A stretch of DNA of 64,000 nucleotides, taken from the IMG/VR virus record IMGVR_UViG_3300037419_001192, positions 38,691 through 102,690 of that record, one strand, 5' to 3'. Below the pieces are notes generated by a model, which worked only from the letters and a program-made list of their open reading frames with translations, was not told the DNA's origin and searched no databases. Positions 20,353 through 30,603 of the stretch are shown piece by piece (position 1 is the first letter of the stretch; every line of letters starts with the position of its first letter). This stretch comes from a virus. The position numbers and the translations under genes were made by a program.

Positions 20353-20585
20353 AGGAGATACCCGTGATTGGAAAATGGGATCACCGAGTCGTGGAAGTGC
20401 AGAACGGTGCGGAAACCGTAAAAATGATTTGCGAAGTGTTCTATGACGCTTATGGCAAGCCATGGGGGCGCAACGATGGGGCGGTAGTGTTTTGGGGCGA
20501 AGGTCAAGACCCGCTGGGCTACATCGAGATGATGAAGACCGCTCTGGATAAGCCGGTGCTGACCGATAAGGATTTCAGGAAGTGA
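20349..20585 (+). CDS. Paralog of the preceding gene
   Basis: WDHRV..ICEVFY..GKP..ALDKPV. Confidence 0.6.
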   Translation: MKEIPVIGKWDHRVVEVQNGAETVKMICEVFYDAYGKPWGRNDGAVVFWGEGQDPLGYIEMMKTALDKPVLTDKDFRK

Positions 20586-21694
20586 ATATTTCACCATATC
20601 AATTGCTGAACCTGATCGAAGGGGGTGGCGCAGCCACTTCCCTCCGTATGGTGTACGTCGATATCGCTGGTGGGGACATCAATGCTGGCTTGCTGCTAAC
20701 CCAGATCGCTTACTGGAACAAGCCGGACAAGGGCGGAAACGATACCAAGTTGCGGGTGGAAAAGAATGGCAGGCTATGGCTGGCAAAGAAGCGCACCGAC
20801 TGGTACGCGGAAATCCGCCTGACAGAGAAGCAATACGACCGGGCCATCCGCATTCTGCAAGACCTTGGCATCGTGGAAGTCCAACTGTTCAAGTTCAACG
20901 GGCACCCAATACCGCATATTTGGCTCAATATCGACACGCTTTACCATCTTGTCGGCCAGATTCAGTACGGTAAGGATGGACTCCCCATTTTACCTAAACA
21001 GGAAAATGGACTTTCCCCAAACGGTAAAATGAGTTTTACCCAAACGGTAAAATCTTTAACAGAGACTACTACAGAGAGTACAACAGAGACTACAGACCTT
21101 GGGCTTTGCCCAACCCCACCCGATGTTAAAAAAGAATTAAAACCGGGCAAGGAAGATTTTAAGATAGGAGTAGAAAAAATGGCAACGGTTAAAGAGGTAT
21201 TGGAAAATAAGCAAATTAAGAAAAGTGAAAATTTGGCTACCCCGAAGTTGGCTGCCAAGAAGTCGGATTTATACCTGCGCTGGAAACAGCAAGCTGCCCA
21301 ATACCATGGCGGCAAAGCCAAGGAGTTGACTGGCAAGGATGAGGGGCAACTGAATCATGTGTTCAAGGCGGTTGGTGCGGATTCGATTCGGCTGATCGAT
21401 TTTGTCTGGGGCCATTGGAAGAAATTCGCCAACAAGGTCGCGGAGAACAAGGGGATTGCTCTTATCCCCGGTGAGCCTTCGCTGCCGTACTTCTGCACCC
21501 ACTACGATGTGGCGTGGCAATTGATTGCCAAAGCTGATGCTGCCCAACAACCGGTAAAAAAATTACAACCTGCAATTGACAAACAAGGTAAAGTCAACGA
21601 CACTCCGGGTATTAAGGAAAAGCCGTACATCCCTTCCCCGGAAGAACTGGCTGCACTTTCTGAAAGTCTGAAGAAGCCGGGGGTGGAAATTTAA
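20582..21694 (+). CDS. Replication initiator (lambda O-like architecture)
   Basis: N-terminal wHTH (LLLTQIAYW..W..K.RTDW..EI.LT), iteron-bearing linker, TETTTESTT; upstream of loader and helicase. Confidence 0.75.
   Translation: MNISPYQLLNLIEGGGAATSLRMVYVDIAGGDINAGLLLTQIAYWNKPDKGGNDTKLRVEKNGRLWLAKKRTDWYAEIRLTEKQYDRAIRILQDLGIVEVQLFKFNGHPIPHIWLNIDTLYHLVGQIQYGKDGLPILPKQENGLSPNGKMSFTQTVKSLTETTTESTTETTDLGLCPTPPDVKKELKPGKEDFKIGVEKMATVKEVLENKQIKKSENLATPKLAAKKSDLYLRWKQQAAQYHGGKAKELTGKDEGQLNHVFKAVGADSIRLIDFVWGHWKKFANKVAENKGIALIPGEPSLPYFCTHYDVAWQLIAKADAAQQPVKKLQPAIDKQGKVNDTPGIKEKPYIPSPEELAALSESLKKPGVEI
20988..21054. repeat. Three 23-bp-period iterons, putative replication origin
   Basis: TTTTACCTAAACAGGAAAATG / CTTTCCCCAAACGGTAAAATG / TTTTACCCAAACGGTAAAATC, followed by an A-rich tract. 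Confidence 0.65.
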
Positions 21695-21704
21695 GGAGCA
21701 TTTG

Positions 21705-22256
21705 ATGGGAACTTTCGAAAATTCGATTCTCGACCCGGAGCGCCATGCTGCGATTTTGCGCAACAAGGACATGATCCTCCGTGTTGCCAATTTGAATGAG
21801 AAATACCTGCACCAATCGATGAAGAATGGGGTATCCACCCAATCCGAAATCGATTGGGTCAAGAATTTCAATATCCATCGCAAAAATAATGTCGCCGGGC
21901 TGGCAATGGTTGGCGTCGAGAATGCTTCCGAGAAACAGATGGAAATGTGCGGCGCACTGCTGCGTTACTTCATCGATGGCCGGGTGATGACGCTGACCAA
22001 TGTGCTGGGGCATTTGGAAGATGGCAACATGCCCGAGCCTTCGGCACTGTTCATCCCGAACTTCTTCGTGAAGATGCCGGGAGGCAGCCCGCTGCCCGGT
22101 TTCAAGCTGGGCTGGCTGTACGATCTGCTGCTGGATCGGCATATCGCCAACAAGCCTACCTGCCTGTATATCGAAAGCATGGCTGGGATGACCGATGCCT
22201 ATGGCTCTGCCATGGCTGATCTTATCAAGGGGCAATACCTTATCGCGGAGGATTAA
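21705..22256 (+). CDS. DnaC-like helicase loader (degenerate P-loop)
   Basis: Lies between initiator and DnaB; LYDLLLDR..NKPT resembles IstB/DnaC. Confidence 0.5.
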   Translation: MGTFENSILDPERHAAILRNKDMILRVANLNEKYLHQSMKNGVSTQSEIDWVKNFNIHRKNNVAGLAMVGVENASEKQMEMCGALLRYFIDGRVMTLTNVLGHLEDGNMPEPSALFIPNFFVKMPGGSPLPGFKLGWLYDLLLDRHIANKPTCLYIESMAGMTDAYGSAMADLIKGQYLIAED

Positions 22257-23558
22257 GTGTCTTTCAAGGTCGGTTACAAACTATTAAAACGGTTGTGCCA
22301 AGATCAAAAACCACTCGCTTGGCACCAATGCAAACTCACCAAAGAGTTGTTTGACGGAACGGAAGAACAGCAAGCGTATCAATGGGTCGATGCCCATATC
22401 ACGAAGCACCATGCCTTGCCCTCGGTCGATACGCTGGGGCAGGCATTTCCCGAGTTCAAGCAATTCGATGCACCCGAGCCGGTCAGCTATTACCTCGAAA
22501 CGGTAGAGCGGCGCTTCAAGATGCGGGTCATGAACCAAGCCAATATCGCCAGCCAAGCGATTTTGAAAGAAGCGCAATCGGATTTGGTTGGCGCTCCTGC
22601 CAAGGTCGAAGAAGCGGCAAAGATATTGCGCGAAGCCACTGACAAAATTACCCGGAATGCTTTCCGCACGAAGCTGATCGATTTCGGTGTCGAAGGCCCG
22701 AGCCTTGTGTTGCAGGAATACCACTCGCTGAATGCGAAGGAAAGCAAGGTCGTCTTTGGCTGGCCGTATCTCGATGATCAATCCGGTGGAGCGCTGCCCG
22801 GCGATTTGATTTCCTTCGTTGGTCGCCCGGCATCCGGCAAGACGTTCATGGGCTTGAATGCGGCACTGAAGAATTGGATTCAGGGCGCGAACATCTTGTT
22901 CGTTTCCATGGAAATGAACCCGATGGCAATTTCGCAGCGCTTGACCGCGATGTATGCCCATGTGTCATTGACCGCGCTGAAAACGAGTGGCTTTCCGACT
23001 GCCAGCTACAAAAAATTTGCCGGCAGCCTGCAATCAATTGCCAATGAAAAGGCGAAGTTGTATATCGTCAATGGCAACTTGGCCGCGACTTGCGAAGACA
23101 TTTATACGCTGGCCGATCAACTGCAAGTCGATGCGGTGTTCAACGATGGCGCGTATTTGATGAAGCACAAGAATCCCCGGCTGGATCGCTTCACGAAAGT
23201 GGCCGAGAACACCGAAATGATGAAGCACTTTACCGAAGTGCTTGCCATCCCGACATTTGCTTCATGGCAGTTGAACCGTGAAGCGGCCAAGAAAGTCAAG
23301 AAAGACAAGGAAACCGTTGGACTCGAAGATATTTCAATGTCCGATGCGATTCCCCAAGCATCCTCGATGGTGCTAGGATTGTTCCAAGAAGAAAGTGTCG
23401 AAACCAGTGAAGGCCGGATCATCGAAGTCATGAAAGGCCGCGATGGGCAAGTGGGCCGGTTCTTGATCCACTGGGATTTCGAAAAAATGAATTTCGATCA
23501 AATCGTGGATACGGAAGCGGCACCGCTGCCATCCCCGGAAGATGAACAATACATCTAG
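22257..23558 (+). CDS. dnaB: Replicative DNA helicase, DnaB family
   Basis: GRPASGKT, FVSMEM, DGAYLM, QLNR, SDAI, KGRDG. Confidence 0.9.
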   Translation: MSFKVGYKLLKRLCQDQKPLAWHQCKLTKELFDGTEEQQAYQWVDAHITKHHALPSVDTLGQAFPEFKQFDAPEPVSYYLETVERRFKMRVMNQANIASQAILKEAQSDLVGAPAKVEEAAKILREATDKITRNAFRTKLIDFGVEGPSLVLQEYHSLNAKESKVVFGWPYLDDQSGGALPGDLISFVGRPASGKTFMGLNAALKNWIQGANILFVSMEMNPMAISQRLTAMYAHVSLTALKTSGFPTASYKKFAGSLQSIANEKAKLYIVNGNLAATCEDIYTLADQLQVDAVFNDGAYLMKHKNPRLDRFTKVAENTEMMKHFTEVLAIPTFASWQLNREAAKKVKKDKETVGLEDISMSDAIPQASSMVLGLFQEESVETSEGRIIEVMKGRDGQVGRFLIHWDFEKMNFDQIVDTEAAPLPSPEDEQYI

Positions 23559-23588
23559 TAACAGCTAGTCACCACAACGGAGTGAGAC

Positions 23589-23882
23589 ATGCTTTCCTTG
23601 AGTTCGATCAATGGTTGGCACTTGCTGGTTGCCTCTGGGTCATTGTTGCTCCTATTCTGTATCCTGTTGTACAGCAAGCCCCCCAGTAGTGCGAAGGGCC
23701 GGTGGATCGCAGAAGTCTGGACTGTCTCCCCGTTCAACCATGGCACTCAAGTCCGCTGGCGACGCCGCTATAAATACCGCTGGCAAGCCGTATGGGCAGC
23801 CAAAGCCGAAGCCCGGTTGATGGATCATATCGGCGCGGTTCACTGGGAATTCGGTATCGACTGGGGAGTGCGCGGGCTTTGA
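23589..23882 (+). CDS. Hypothetical membrane protein
   Basis: GGAG SD; N-terminal TM helix. Confidence 0.5.
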   Translation: MLSLSSINGWHLLVASGSLLLLFCILLYSKPPSSAKGRWIAEVWTVSPFNHGTQVRWRRRYKYRWQAVWAAKAEARLMDHIGAVHWEFGIDWGVRGL

Positions 23883-23907
23883 CAAACTGGTGAGTGTCGT
23901 TTATACT
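23879..23907 (+). promoter_or_regulatory. sigma70-type promoter
   Basis: TTGACA-17-TATACT. Confidence 0.7.
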
Positions 23908-23940
23908 TCCATCTGATCAATCAAACCATGGAGGGGCAAA

Positions 23941-24411
23941 ATGACACTCGTAGTCAAACGCAAGGCAGGCACCGTCACCATTACCGAAACCGAGCAAGTC
24001 GCGCAGCCGGTTGCCAAGATCAAGTCCGGCATCATTACCGAAGAACAGCAGAAGATCGACCGATTCGTTGCACTGAACCAACAGATCGAGGATTCGGGCA
24101 TCTTGCCGCTGATCGAGGAACGCGAAACGCTCAAGAAGGAATTGGCTGCCGTTGCCAAGGATTACCCACCCGAAAAGAATGTGGTTCTAAAGGGAACCAT
24201 CGGGGAAGCCGAATTTTCCCGCGCCAGCAACACCACCGAGATTGTCGATAAAGCTGGTTTGATCGAGAAATTGGGTCAAGCCGTTTTCAATGAATGCGCC
24301 AAGATCGGTATCGAGGAATTGAAGAAATACCTTTCCGAAAACGAACTGGCGCAGTTCACAGCATCGGGCTATGGATCGCGCCGCTTACAGGCGATCCGTC
24401 CCTATGAATGA
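23941..24411 (+). CDS. Hypothetical coiled-coil protein
   Basis: GGAGG SD after promoter. Confidence 0.65.
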   Translation: MTLVVKRKAGTVTITETEQVAQPVAKIKSGIITEEQQKIDRFVALNQQIEDSGILPLIEERETLKKELAAVAKDYPPEKNVVLKGTIGEAEFSRASNTTEIVDKAGLIEKLGQAVFNECAKIGIEELKKYLSENELAQFTASGYGSRRLQAIRPYE

Positions 24412-24585
24412 TGCCCAACTCCCCCCGCTATCCGAAGCGCTTCAACGTGTGAAATATGCAGTCCGTCCGGATGTCATTGATTTCTTCCGGACGCTGCATG
24501 GCAAGCTGGATCAAGCCACCACCGTCGATGAATTGAAACCGATCATTGAAGTCCTGATGCTGACCCTTTTTGACGAGAGGCACTA

Positions 24586-25026
24586 ATGGCAACAAGAAAA
24601 ATTGGCAAGACCAAGGCTGGCGCAATCATCACGATTGGCCGCAGCGATTCGAAAGGGCTGGAAGGCACTTACGAGAATTGCGATGACCATGCGGAAAACC
24701 TGATCCCGCTGGTGAAGTCGCTGCTGCCGATGGCGAAAACCGTCGATGTGAAAGAATGGCGTCAGTTCAACAATGTCCACTATCTGTTTTGCCATAGCGG
24801 GCGCATCCTATTCTTCGAAGGCCACAAGGTCAACCGGGAATATGTTGGCATTCGCTTCGGTATCAAATACTGCGGCTTGAAGGTGCCGCTGTTCTTGTAC
24901 ACCGACACGGAACAGCTACTCGATTTCTGGCAATTGATTGCCATCCTCGCCGCCGAGCCGAACATCATCGGCAAATCGATCATCAATCTGGAAACGCAAG
25001 AATCCTGCGAAGAAGCCAAAGTTTAA
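24586..25026 (+). CDS. Hypothetical protein
   Basis: TAATG coupling; followed by a terminator. Confidence 0.6.
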   Translation: MATRKIGKTKAGAIITIGRSDSKGLEGTYENCDDHAENLIPLVKSLLPMAKTVDVKEWRQFNNVHYLFCHSGRILFFEGHKVNREYVGIRFGIKYCGLKVPLFLYTDTEQLLDFWQLIAILAAEPNIIGKSIINLETQESCEEAKV

Positions 25027-25048
25027 GCTGGGTTGGACGCCAAGCTTT

Positions 25049-25073
25049 CCCCCGCTTTCGGGCGGGGTTTTTT
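25049..25073 (+). terminator. Rho-independent terminator
   Basis: CCCCGCT-TTCG-GGCGGGG followed by a T run. Confidence 0.75.
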
Positions 25074-25103
25074 ACATCCCTACTATTACCAAGAGGAAAC
25101 GCT

Positions 25104-26609
25104 ATGTCAGTCGCTCGTTTGAATAGCACCCTGTATGACTCGGTTCGAGCCGCCTGCGATGCAATGAGTGCGGGCATCACCGAAACCGTTGAAGTCCTGC
25201 AATCCATTGTCGGTGCCAATGGGTTTGGCTTGATCAACCAGCCGGGCGGCAAGAAAATCACCGGTATCCAGCAGCCGGATGGCTCGTATCCTGTACTCGT
25301 TGCGCTCGGTTCGGCAGAACGCCTGACATGGGGCAAGGCGATCATCGATGTGGAACAGGGCGATGCCGAGATTTCGTACCTGCAATTCGTCGGCGCAGCC
25401 GTGGGCGCTGGCGATGGTGCGAATGGCGCGGGCATCCGCATCAACCAGAATGTCAATTCAGCCTATGTCCACCATGTCAGTTTCAATTCCTGTCAAGATG
25501 GTGTGCTGTCTAACGGCGTAGACAACCCGAACCAATCGCTGCTGTTCGAAGATGCAACATGGGATAAGTGCGGCACCGGGGATATTGGCAAGACGCACAA
25601 TATCTATATCGGCAAATGCAAGGAAGCCGTATTCCGCCGCATCACCAGTACGAATTCCCAAGTCGGCCATGACTTGAAATCGCGGGCGCTGATTACCCGT
25701 GTCGAAAATGCCTTGATCGGCGGCTCGGCCACCGGGCGGGCACTCGATCTATCGAATGGCGGCATCTGGATATCGAAGGGCTCGGCCTACCTGAAGCCTG
25801 CCGATGCGACCCAAAACAACCTGATCCATATTGCGCCCGAAGGCACCGATGGCCGACCGGAGCAATACGAATCGACCAACGACCTATTCCAAATCGATAT
25901 CCCTGCCGATGGCAGGGCGCTGCAATTCATCAATAATCAAGGAAATGCGCCATGCATTGTGACCGATCCGAAATTCATCCTGAACGGCAAGGAATTGACG
26001 CCGGAAGAAACCAAGCCGTATCTGGTGGGCGATGTGCAAATCAAGCTGACCGGCCAGCCGACCGGCCCGCAAGCCGACTATGGCAACAAGACGACGCTGA
26101 CGAGCGGCAGCCCCGTTGCTACGCCTACCCAGCCCGCTCAACCGGCCCCGACGCCTGCGCCGCAGCCTACACCACCCTCGTCATCCGTACCGCCGACGAC
26201 CTCTGGGAATACGCCGCCCGCATCCTCAACGCCCGTTGCTGCGACTGATCCGCATCCGGATGAAGGTGTACCGGGCAAATGGTTTTTCCTCGGCCATGAA
26301 CGCGATCCCGCCATTCCTGTCGATGAAGTCAATGGCATGGGCCTCCTGTGCTATGGCATCAACAACAGTTGGGTGCAAAAGGAATTCTCCGGGCATCTGG
26401 TCGTGGAAACCACGAATGAATTCTTCGGCACCGACCCGGCACCCGGCATCCAAAAGGAAATCTGGCAATTCCACCCGGATGCAGCCCCGGAAGCACCGCC
26501 ACAAGCCCCCACTACCGAAGAAGAAGTCACCCATCTGGAAACCGCGATGATCAAAGGCATGGAGGCCTTCCTCGGCCACTACGGCATCACGCTGAACTAC
26601 CCGAAGTAA
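25104..26609 (+). CDS. Beta-helix (pectin-lyase fold) protein with Pro/Thr linker and C-terminal carbohydrate-binding-like module
   Basis: NGAGIR..QDGVL..G.G.THNIYIG..GHDLKSRA; P/T linker; YG...W..TNEFFGTDPAPGIQK. Confidence 0.7.
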   Translation: MSVARLNSTLYDSVRAACDAMSAGITETVEVLQSIVGANGFGLINQPGGKKITGIQQPDGSYPVLVALGSAERLTWGKAIIDVEQGDAEISYLQFVGAAVGAGDGANGAGIRINQNVNSAYVHHVSFNSCQDGVLSNGVDNPNQSLLFEDATWDKCGTGDIGKTHNIYIGKCKEAVFRRITSTNSQVGHDLKSRALITRVENALIGGSATGRALDLSNGGIWISKGSAYLKPADATQNNLIHIAPEGTDGRPEQYESTNDLFQIDIPADGRALQFINNQGNAPCIVTDPKFILNGKELTPEETKPYLVGDVQIKLTGQPTGPQADYGNKTTLTSGSPVATPTQPAQPAPTPAPQPTPPSSSVPPTTSGNTPPASSTPVAATDPHPDEGVPGKWFFLGHERDPAIPVDEVNGMGLLCYGINNSWVQKEFSGHLVVETTNEFFGTDPAPGIQKEIWQFHPDAAPEAPPQAPTTEEEVTHLETAMIKGMEAFLGHYGITLNYPK

Positions 26610-26629
26610 GCGGCAACTGATTGCCACCA

Positions 26630-26653
26630 GCCCGGCCTAGCGCCGGGTTTTTT
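26630..26653 (+). terminator. Rho-independent terminator
   Basis: GCCCGGC..GCCGGGT followed by a T run. Confidence 0.7.
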
Positions 26654-26708
26654 CTGCCTCTTTGACAAACGCTTCAAGTATGGTAATCTAGGCGAAAAGG
26701 AGGCGAGT

Positions 26709-27680
26709 ATGAAACCAGAACAAGCTGCAAAATTCCTGCAAGCCATCGGCAGCCAACCCGAGCCCTACAGTGGCGGGGGCTGGGTGCGCTCGCATTGCCC
26801 CCTTGCCCCGTGGACACATGCCAACGGCAAGGATAGCAACCCAAGCTTTGGTATCTCGGTGCATGAAGGCAAGCACAGCCACTTCAATTGCTTCGCCTGC
26901 GAATCCGGCAGCGTCGAAAAGCTACTGCAACTGGTAGAGTTTTACCACGGCAAGAATCCCTACATCGGCAAGAAGTACAACTTCGATGCCGCCCGCGCCC
27001 TGCTGGAACAAGAAGATTTGGATGTGTTCCCGCTTGGCGAATTCACCGAGTTTCCCAATGATGAATTCAACCACTTCGAAGAATGGCCGGAATGGATGGC
27101 TGACCACTACCCGCTGGCTTCGGAAGTGCCGGCAGCCTATGCCTACCTCCGTGGCCGGAAAGTTACGGACGAGCAAATACAAAGGCATTCCATTCGTTAC
27201 GATGCCTATCGGGAAATGGTCGCCTTCCCCTTCCGCACCGTGTATGGAAAATTGGCCGGCATGCGTGGCAGACGGATTAACGATTTCGGCCCGCAACACT
27301 ATGACTATTCTTTCAATGGGACGAACAATACCCACAACACATGGCTCAATGAACCCGTTCTGGAGCGTGAGCAAATTGTTGTCATCGTAGAAGGGCAGTT
27401 CGACATGCTGACCGTCGAGCGGGTGTACCCGTATGTGCTTGGCAATCTGACCGCAAGGGCGATGCCGGCGAAGCTAAAAAAGCTGCAAGGAAGCCCCGGC
27501 GTGATCCTGATGCTCGACAACGATCTGACCGGCAAGAGTGCTGCGCAGAAATACATCACCTACTTCGAGAAGCACCAGATACAATACGCGATCCCAAGCT
27601 TGCCTGATGGCATCAAAGACCCAGACCAAGCCGGGGAAGACGTAGTGCGGCAAGTGCTATCGCAGTTCATCAGCATTTGA
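26709..27680 (+). CDS. DNA primase (Zn finger + TOPRIM)
   Basis: CPLAPWTH..D.NPSF..NCFAC; IVEGQFD; LDND; KDP. TTGACAAAC promoter at 26662. Confidence 0.88.
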   Translation: MKPEQAAKFLQAIGSQPEPYSGGGWVRSHCPLAPWTHANGKDSNPSFGISVHEGKHSHFNCFACESGSVEKLLQLVEFYHGKNPYIGKKYNFDAARALLEQEDLDVFPLGEFTEFPNDEFNHFEEWPEWMADHYPLASEVPAAYAYLRGRKVTDEQIQRHSIRYDAYREMVAFPFRTVYGKLAGMRGRRINDFGPQHYDYSFNGTNNTHNTWLNEPVLEREQIVVIVEGQFDMLTVERVYPYVLGNLTARAMPAKLKKLQGSPGVILMLDNDLTGKSAAQKYITYFEKHQIQYAIPSLPDGIKDPDQAGEDVVRQVLSQFISI

Positions 27681-27769
27681 CAAACCACGATAGTTGCTGT
27701 ATCGTTGATCTTGGGTTCATTCAGCAACCCACAATCCAGTGCTAAAAGGCACATCTAAAGGAGATTCAC

Positions 27770-28519
27770 ATGACTGCATCATGGCTCAAATCCGGCGCGG
27801 AATCCGAAAACCTCGCCAAGAAACACGAAGCGGCCCAGAAAGCCAAGCAAGACCAGCAAGGCAAGGCATTCCGCTTCTGGCTCAACTACGGTGAAGAAGC
27901 CCGCATTACCTTCGTGGATGGCGAACTCGATGAAAACGGGCTGTTCAATCCGCCCCGCGTCGTGGAGCACAATTGCCAAATGAATGGCAGTTGGAACAAT
28001 TATTTCGTCTGTCAGGCGAAATCCGACCCGGATGCCGGTCATGTGTGCCCGATCTGCGAAGGCGGTGACAACCCGAGCCTGCTGGCGCTGTTTACGGTCA
28101 TCGACCACCGTGTTGTGCCGAGCAAGAAAGAGCCGGGCAAGACTTATACCGATACCGTGAAGCTGCTGGCCGCGAAGCCACAGACTTTCGAAATCCTGAA
28201 GAAACTGGCACTGAAGCGCGGCGGACTCGCCGGCTGCACATTCGATGTCTCCCGCATCGGTGACAAGGCCGCTGCCGTGGGCTCGATGTTCGACTTCATT
28301 TCGAAGGAAGACGACCTCGATGTGCTGCGCCAGAAGTATGTCCGCAAGTGGGTGGACAAGGAAGGCCAAGAGCATGTGACGAAACTGTTCGTGCCGCTGA
28401 ATTATGCCGAACAACTCGTTGCCAAGACCGAAGCGGAACTGCGGGCAATGGGATTCGGCAAATCGACCCTCGGCGGTGCAACGAAGCCGGCCAATTCCAG
28501 TTACGCGGCGCAGTTGTGA
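27770..28519 (+). CDS. Single-stranded DNA-binding protein (gp32-like, Zn-binding)
   Basis: RFWL..EHN..FVC..CPIC..VIDHR..FDVSRIG; promoter at 27677; replication cluster. Confidence 0.65.
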   Translation: MTASWLKSGAESENLAKKHEAAQKAKQDQQGKAFRFWLNYGEEARITFVDGELDENGLFNPPRVVEHNCQMNGSWNNYFVCQAKSDPDAGHVCPICEGGDNPSLLALFTVIDHRVVPSKKEPGKTYTDTVKLLAAKPQTFEILKKLALKRGGLAGCTFDVSRIGDKAAAVGSMFDFISKEDDLDVLRQKYVRKWVDKEGQEHVTKLFVPLNYAEQLVAKTEAELRAMGFGKSTLGGATKPANSSYAAQL

Positions 28520-28855
28520 TTTAAGGGGCAATCAGGCACGAGGGCAATCTTGTGGTTGCCTTTGGGTAAAGTCCTAGCCAGTGGGACGGTGCCGAATACA
28601 TTGGCTTTAGCCCCACCTATTCAAAGGAGTGAACATGACAATAAAAAAAGAAGATATCGAAGTCGTATTCCTGCCGAAAGTACGCGGGTTGACTATCAAG
28701 GGGTATGGTTTCCTTGGTGCCGTACAAGGTAAGAGCGGAAAGTGGTCAATCACCAGCAGGGGCCGCACCACTGAAATGACTGCCGAAGAAGCCCGCGAAG
28801 CCATGCTGGCGATTGCCCATCGGTTGATGGCCGCAGCCAACTTCTAGGAGCCCAC

Positions 28856-30151
28856 ATGCTCGTTACCCATGACCAACCGTTGCGCACTGGTGGCATGTCG
28901 GAATACCCGTATGACGCCGGGCTGGAAGCCGCCTTCCGCGTAGTGCCGAAATATGAAGAACCATTTTCGATGGCGAAGCGGGTCGGCAACATCTTGCAGG
29001 TGCCGCGCAATCTGGTGCCAGTGGGGAAAGAGGATTTCCGGGTTCATTACCCCGAAGTGGCAATTGATTGCCAGATCGAGCCGCGTGACCTAGACCAAGC
29101 TGTTGCGATCAACAAGTCCATCGAACTATTGAAATCTGGGCACAACCATATCCTCGAAGCCCCGACCGGCTGGGGCAAGACGTATGCGGGGATCAAGATC
29201 GCATGCGGCATTGGTGCGCCGACGCTGATCGTGGTCACGAAATCTGACTTGATCCCGGCATGGCACAAGGCAATCCGTGCAGCCGGGTATGGGCCAGAAG
29301 CCATCGGCCATCTGCAAGCCGACAAGTGCATCTGGAAAGGCAAGCAATTCGTCTTGGCAATGGTGCAAAGCCTGATCATCGAAGGCAAGTATGAGCCGGA
29401 AATGTTCCGCTACTTCGGCATGGTGATCTTCGATGAAGTCCATCGGATGGCTGCCGACAAGTTTTCGATTGCTGCCGGCTTGTTCCCGGCGTATCACCGT
29501 CTTGGCTTATCCGCGACGCCAGATAGGAAAGACGGTAAAGACCCGGTGCTGGAAGCCCATATCGGCCCGATGCTGGTCAAGGGCAAAGTCGTGCCGATGG
29601 CCCCGAAGGTGTTGGTCAAGAAAACTGGCTGGAAATGCCCGGTGCAAGCCTTCCTGAATCCCGGCAAGATGATGGGCGCGTACAAGATGATGACGAAAAG
29701 CGCCGCTAGGAATAAGGAAATCGCGGATTTCGTCGTGTCCTGCTACAACGCGGGCCGGACTGTCGTGGTAATGCACGATCTGGTCGATAACGGCATCAAG
29801 CCGATGTTCCATGTGCTGGTACAAGCGGGAATCCCCGGAGAAGCCATCGGGGAATATATCTCGGGCAAAAAGCCTGACCAATTGGAAGCTGCCGCCCATA
29901 GGCCGGTGGTGCTGACAACTAAAAAGATGTGCAGTGAAGGCACGAATTATGAGCATTGGGATTCCCTAGTTTTATGCACCCCCAGTGCTGATGTAGAGCA
30001 AATGATCGGTCGTATCATGCGCCGGAAAGAAGGAAAGAAACAACCGGTGTTTCTCGATCTGGTGGATGCCGACAGCATCATGAAGGCATACCACTACACT
30101 CGGCTCAAGACTTACGCAAAAGTCGGGGCCGAAGTGGTTTCCATGGATTAG
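28856..30151 (+). CDS. SF2 (DExH) helicase
   Basis: APTGWGKT, DEVH, LSATPDRKD, QMIGRIMR. Confidence 0.92.
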   Translation: MLVTHDQPLRTGGMSEYPYDAGLEAAFRVVPKYEEPFSMAKRVGNILQVPRNLVPVGKEDFRVHYPEVAIDCQIEPRDLDQAVAINKSIELLKSGHNHILEAPTGWGKTYAGIKIACGIGAPTLIVVTKSDLIPAWHKAIRAAGYGPEAIGHLQADKCIWKGKQFVLAMVQSLIIEGKYEPEMFRYFGMVIFDEVHRMAADKFSIAAGLFPAYHRLGLSATPDRKDGKDPVLEAHIGPMLVKGKVVPMAPKVLVKKTGWKCPVQAFLNPGKMMGAYKMMTKSAARNKEIADFVVSCYNAGRTVVVMHDLVDNGIKPMFHVLVQAGIPGEAIGEYISGKKPDQLEAAAHRPVVLTTKKMCSEGTNYEHWDSLVLCTPSADVEQMIGRIMRRKEGKKQPVFLDLVDADSIMKAYHYTRLKTYAKVGAEVVSMD

Positions 30152-30154
30152 AAA

Positions 30155-30580
30155 ATGATGACGACCCAAAAAGCAAACCGGGGTTATTTTGGTAAATGGT
30201 ACGAAAAGAACAAAGATGTACTTTCGGCCAAGCGCAAGGAGCGTTACCAAAACGATCCGGTGTACCGGCAGCAGCAACTCGAAAACCGCCGCCGCCAATT
30301 GGCGAAGCAACGTGGCGTGAGCCCGCTCGACCCGGCATACACCACCACGTTTTCCGAAGCTGCCGAAGAATTAGGAATCACGCTCTGGAGATTACGGAAT
30401 TGGCGCAACAACAGTTATTTTCCGGAGCCCCATTCGTATGGAAAATTCTTGTATTTCACTGATAATCAAGTGGGTTTGCTGAAAAAGCTGGCGCAATTCA
30501 TTGCTGACAAACCGCGCTTGAATGCAGACGACAAGGATAAGCTGCAAGACCTCGTACAGTTTATCTATGGCAACTGGTAG
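30155..30580 (+). CDS. HTH (MerR-like) DNA-binding protein
   Basis: FSEAAEELGITLWRLRNW..FPEP. Confidence 0.65.
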   Translation: MMTTQKANRGYFGKWYEKNKDVLSAKRKERYQNDPVYRQQQLENRRRQLAKQRGVSPLDPAYTTTFSEAAEELGITLWRLRNWRNNSYFPEPHSYGKFLYFTDNQVGLLKKLAQFIADKPRLNADDKDKLQDLVQFIYGNW

Positions 30581-30603
30581 AAAGACAACTAATGGAGTAG
30601 AGC

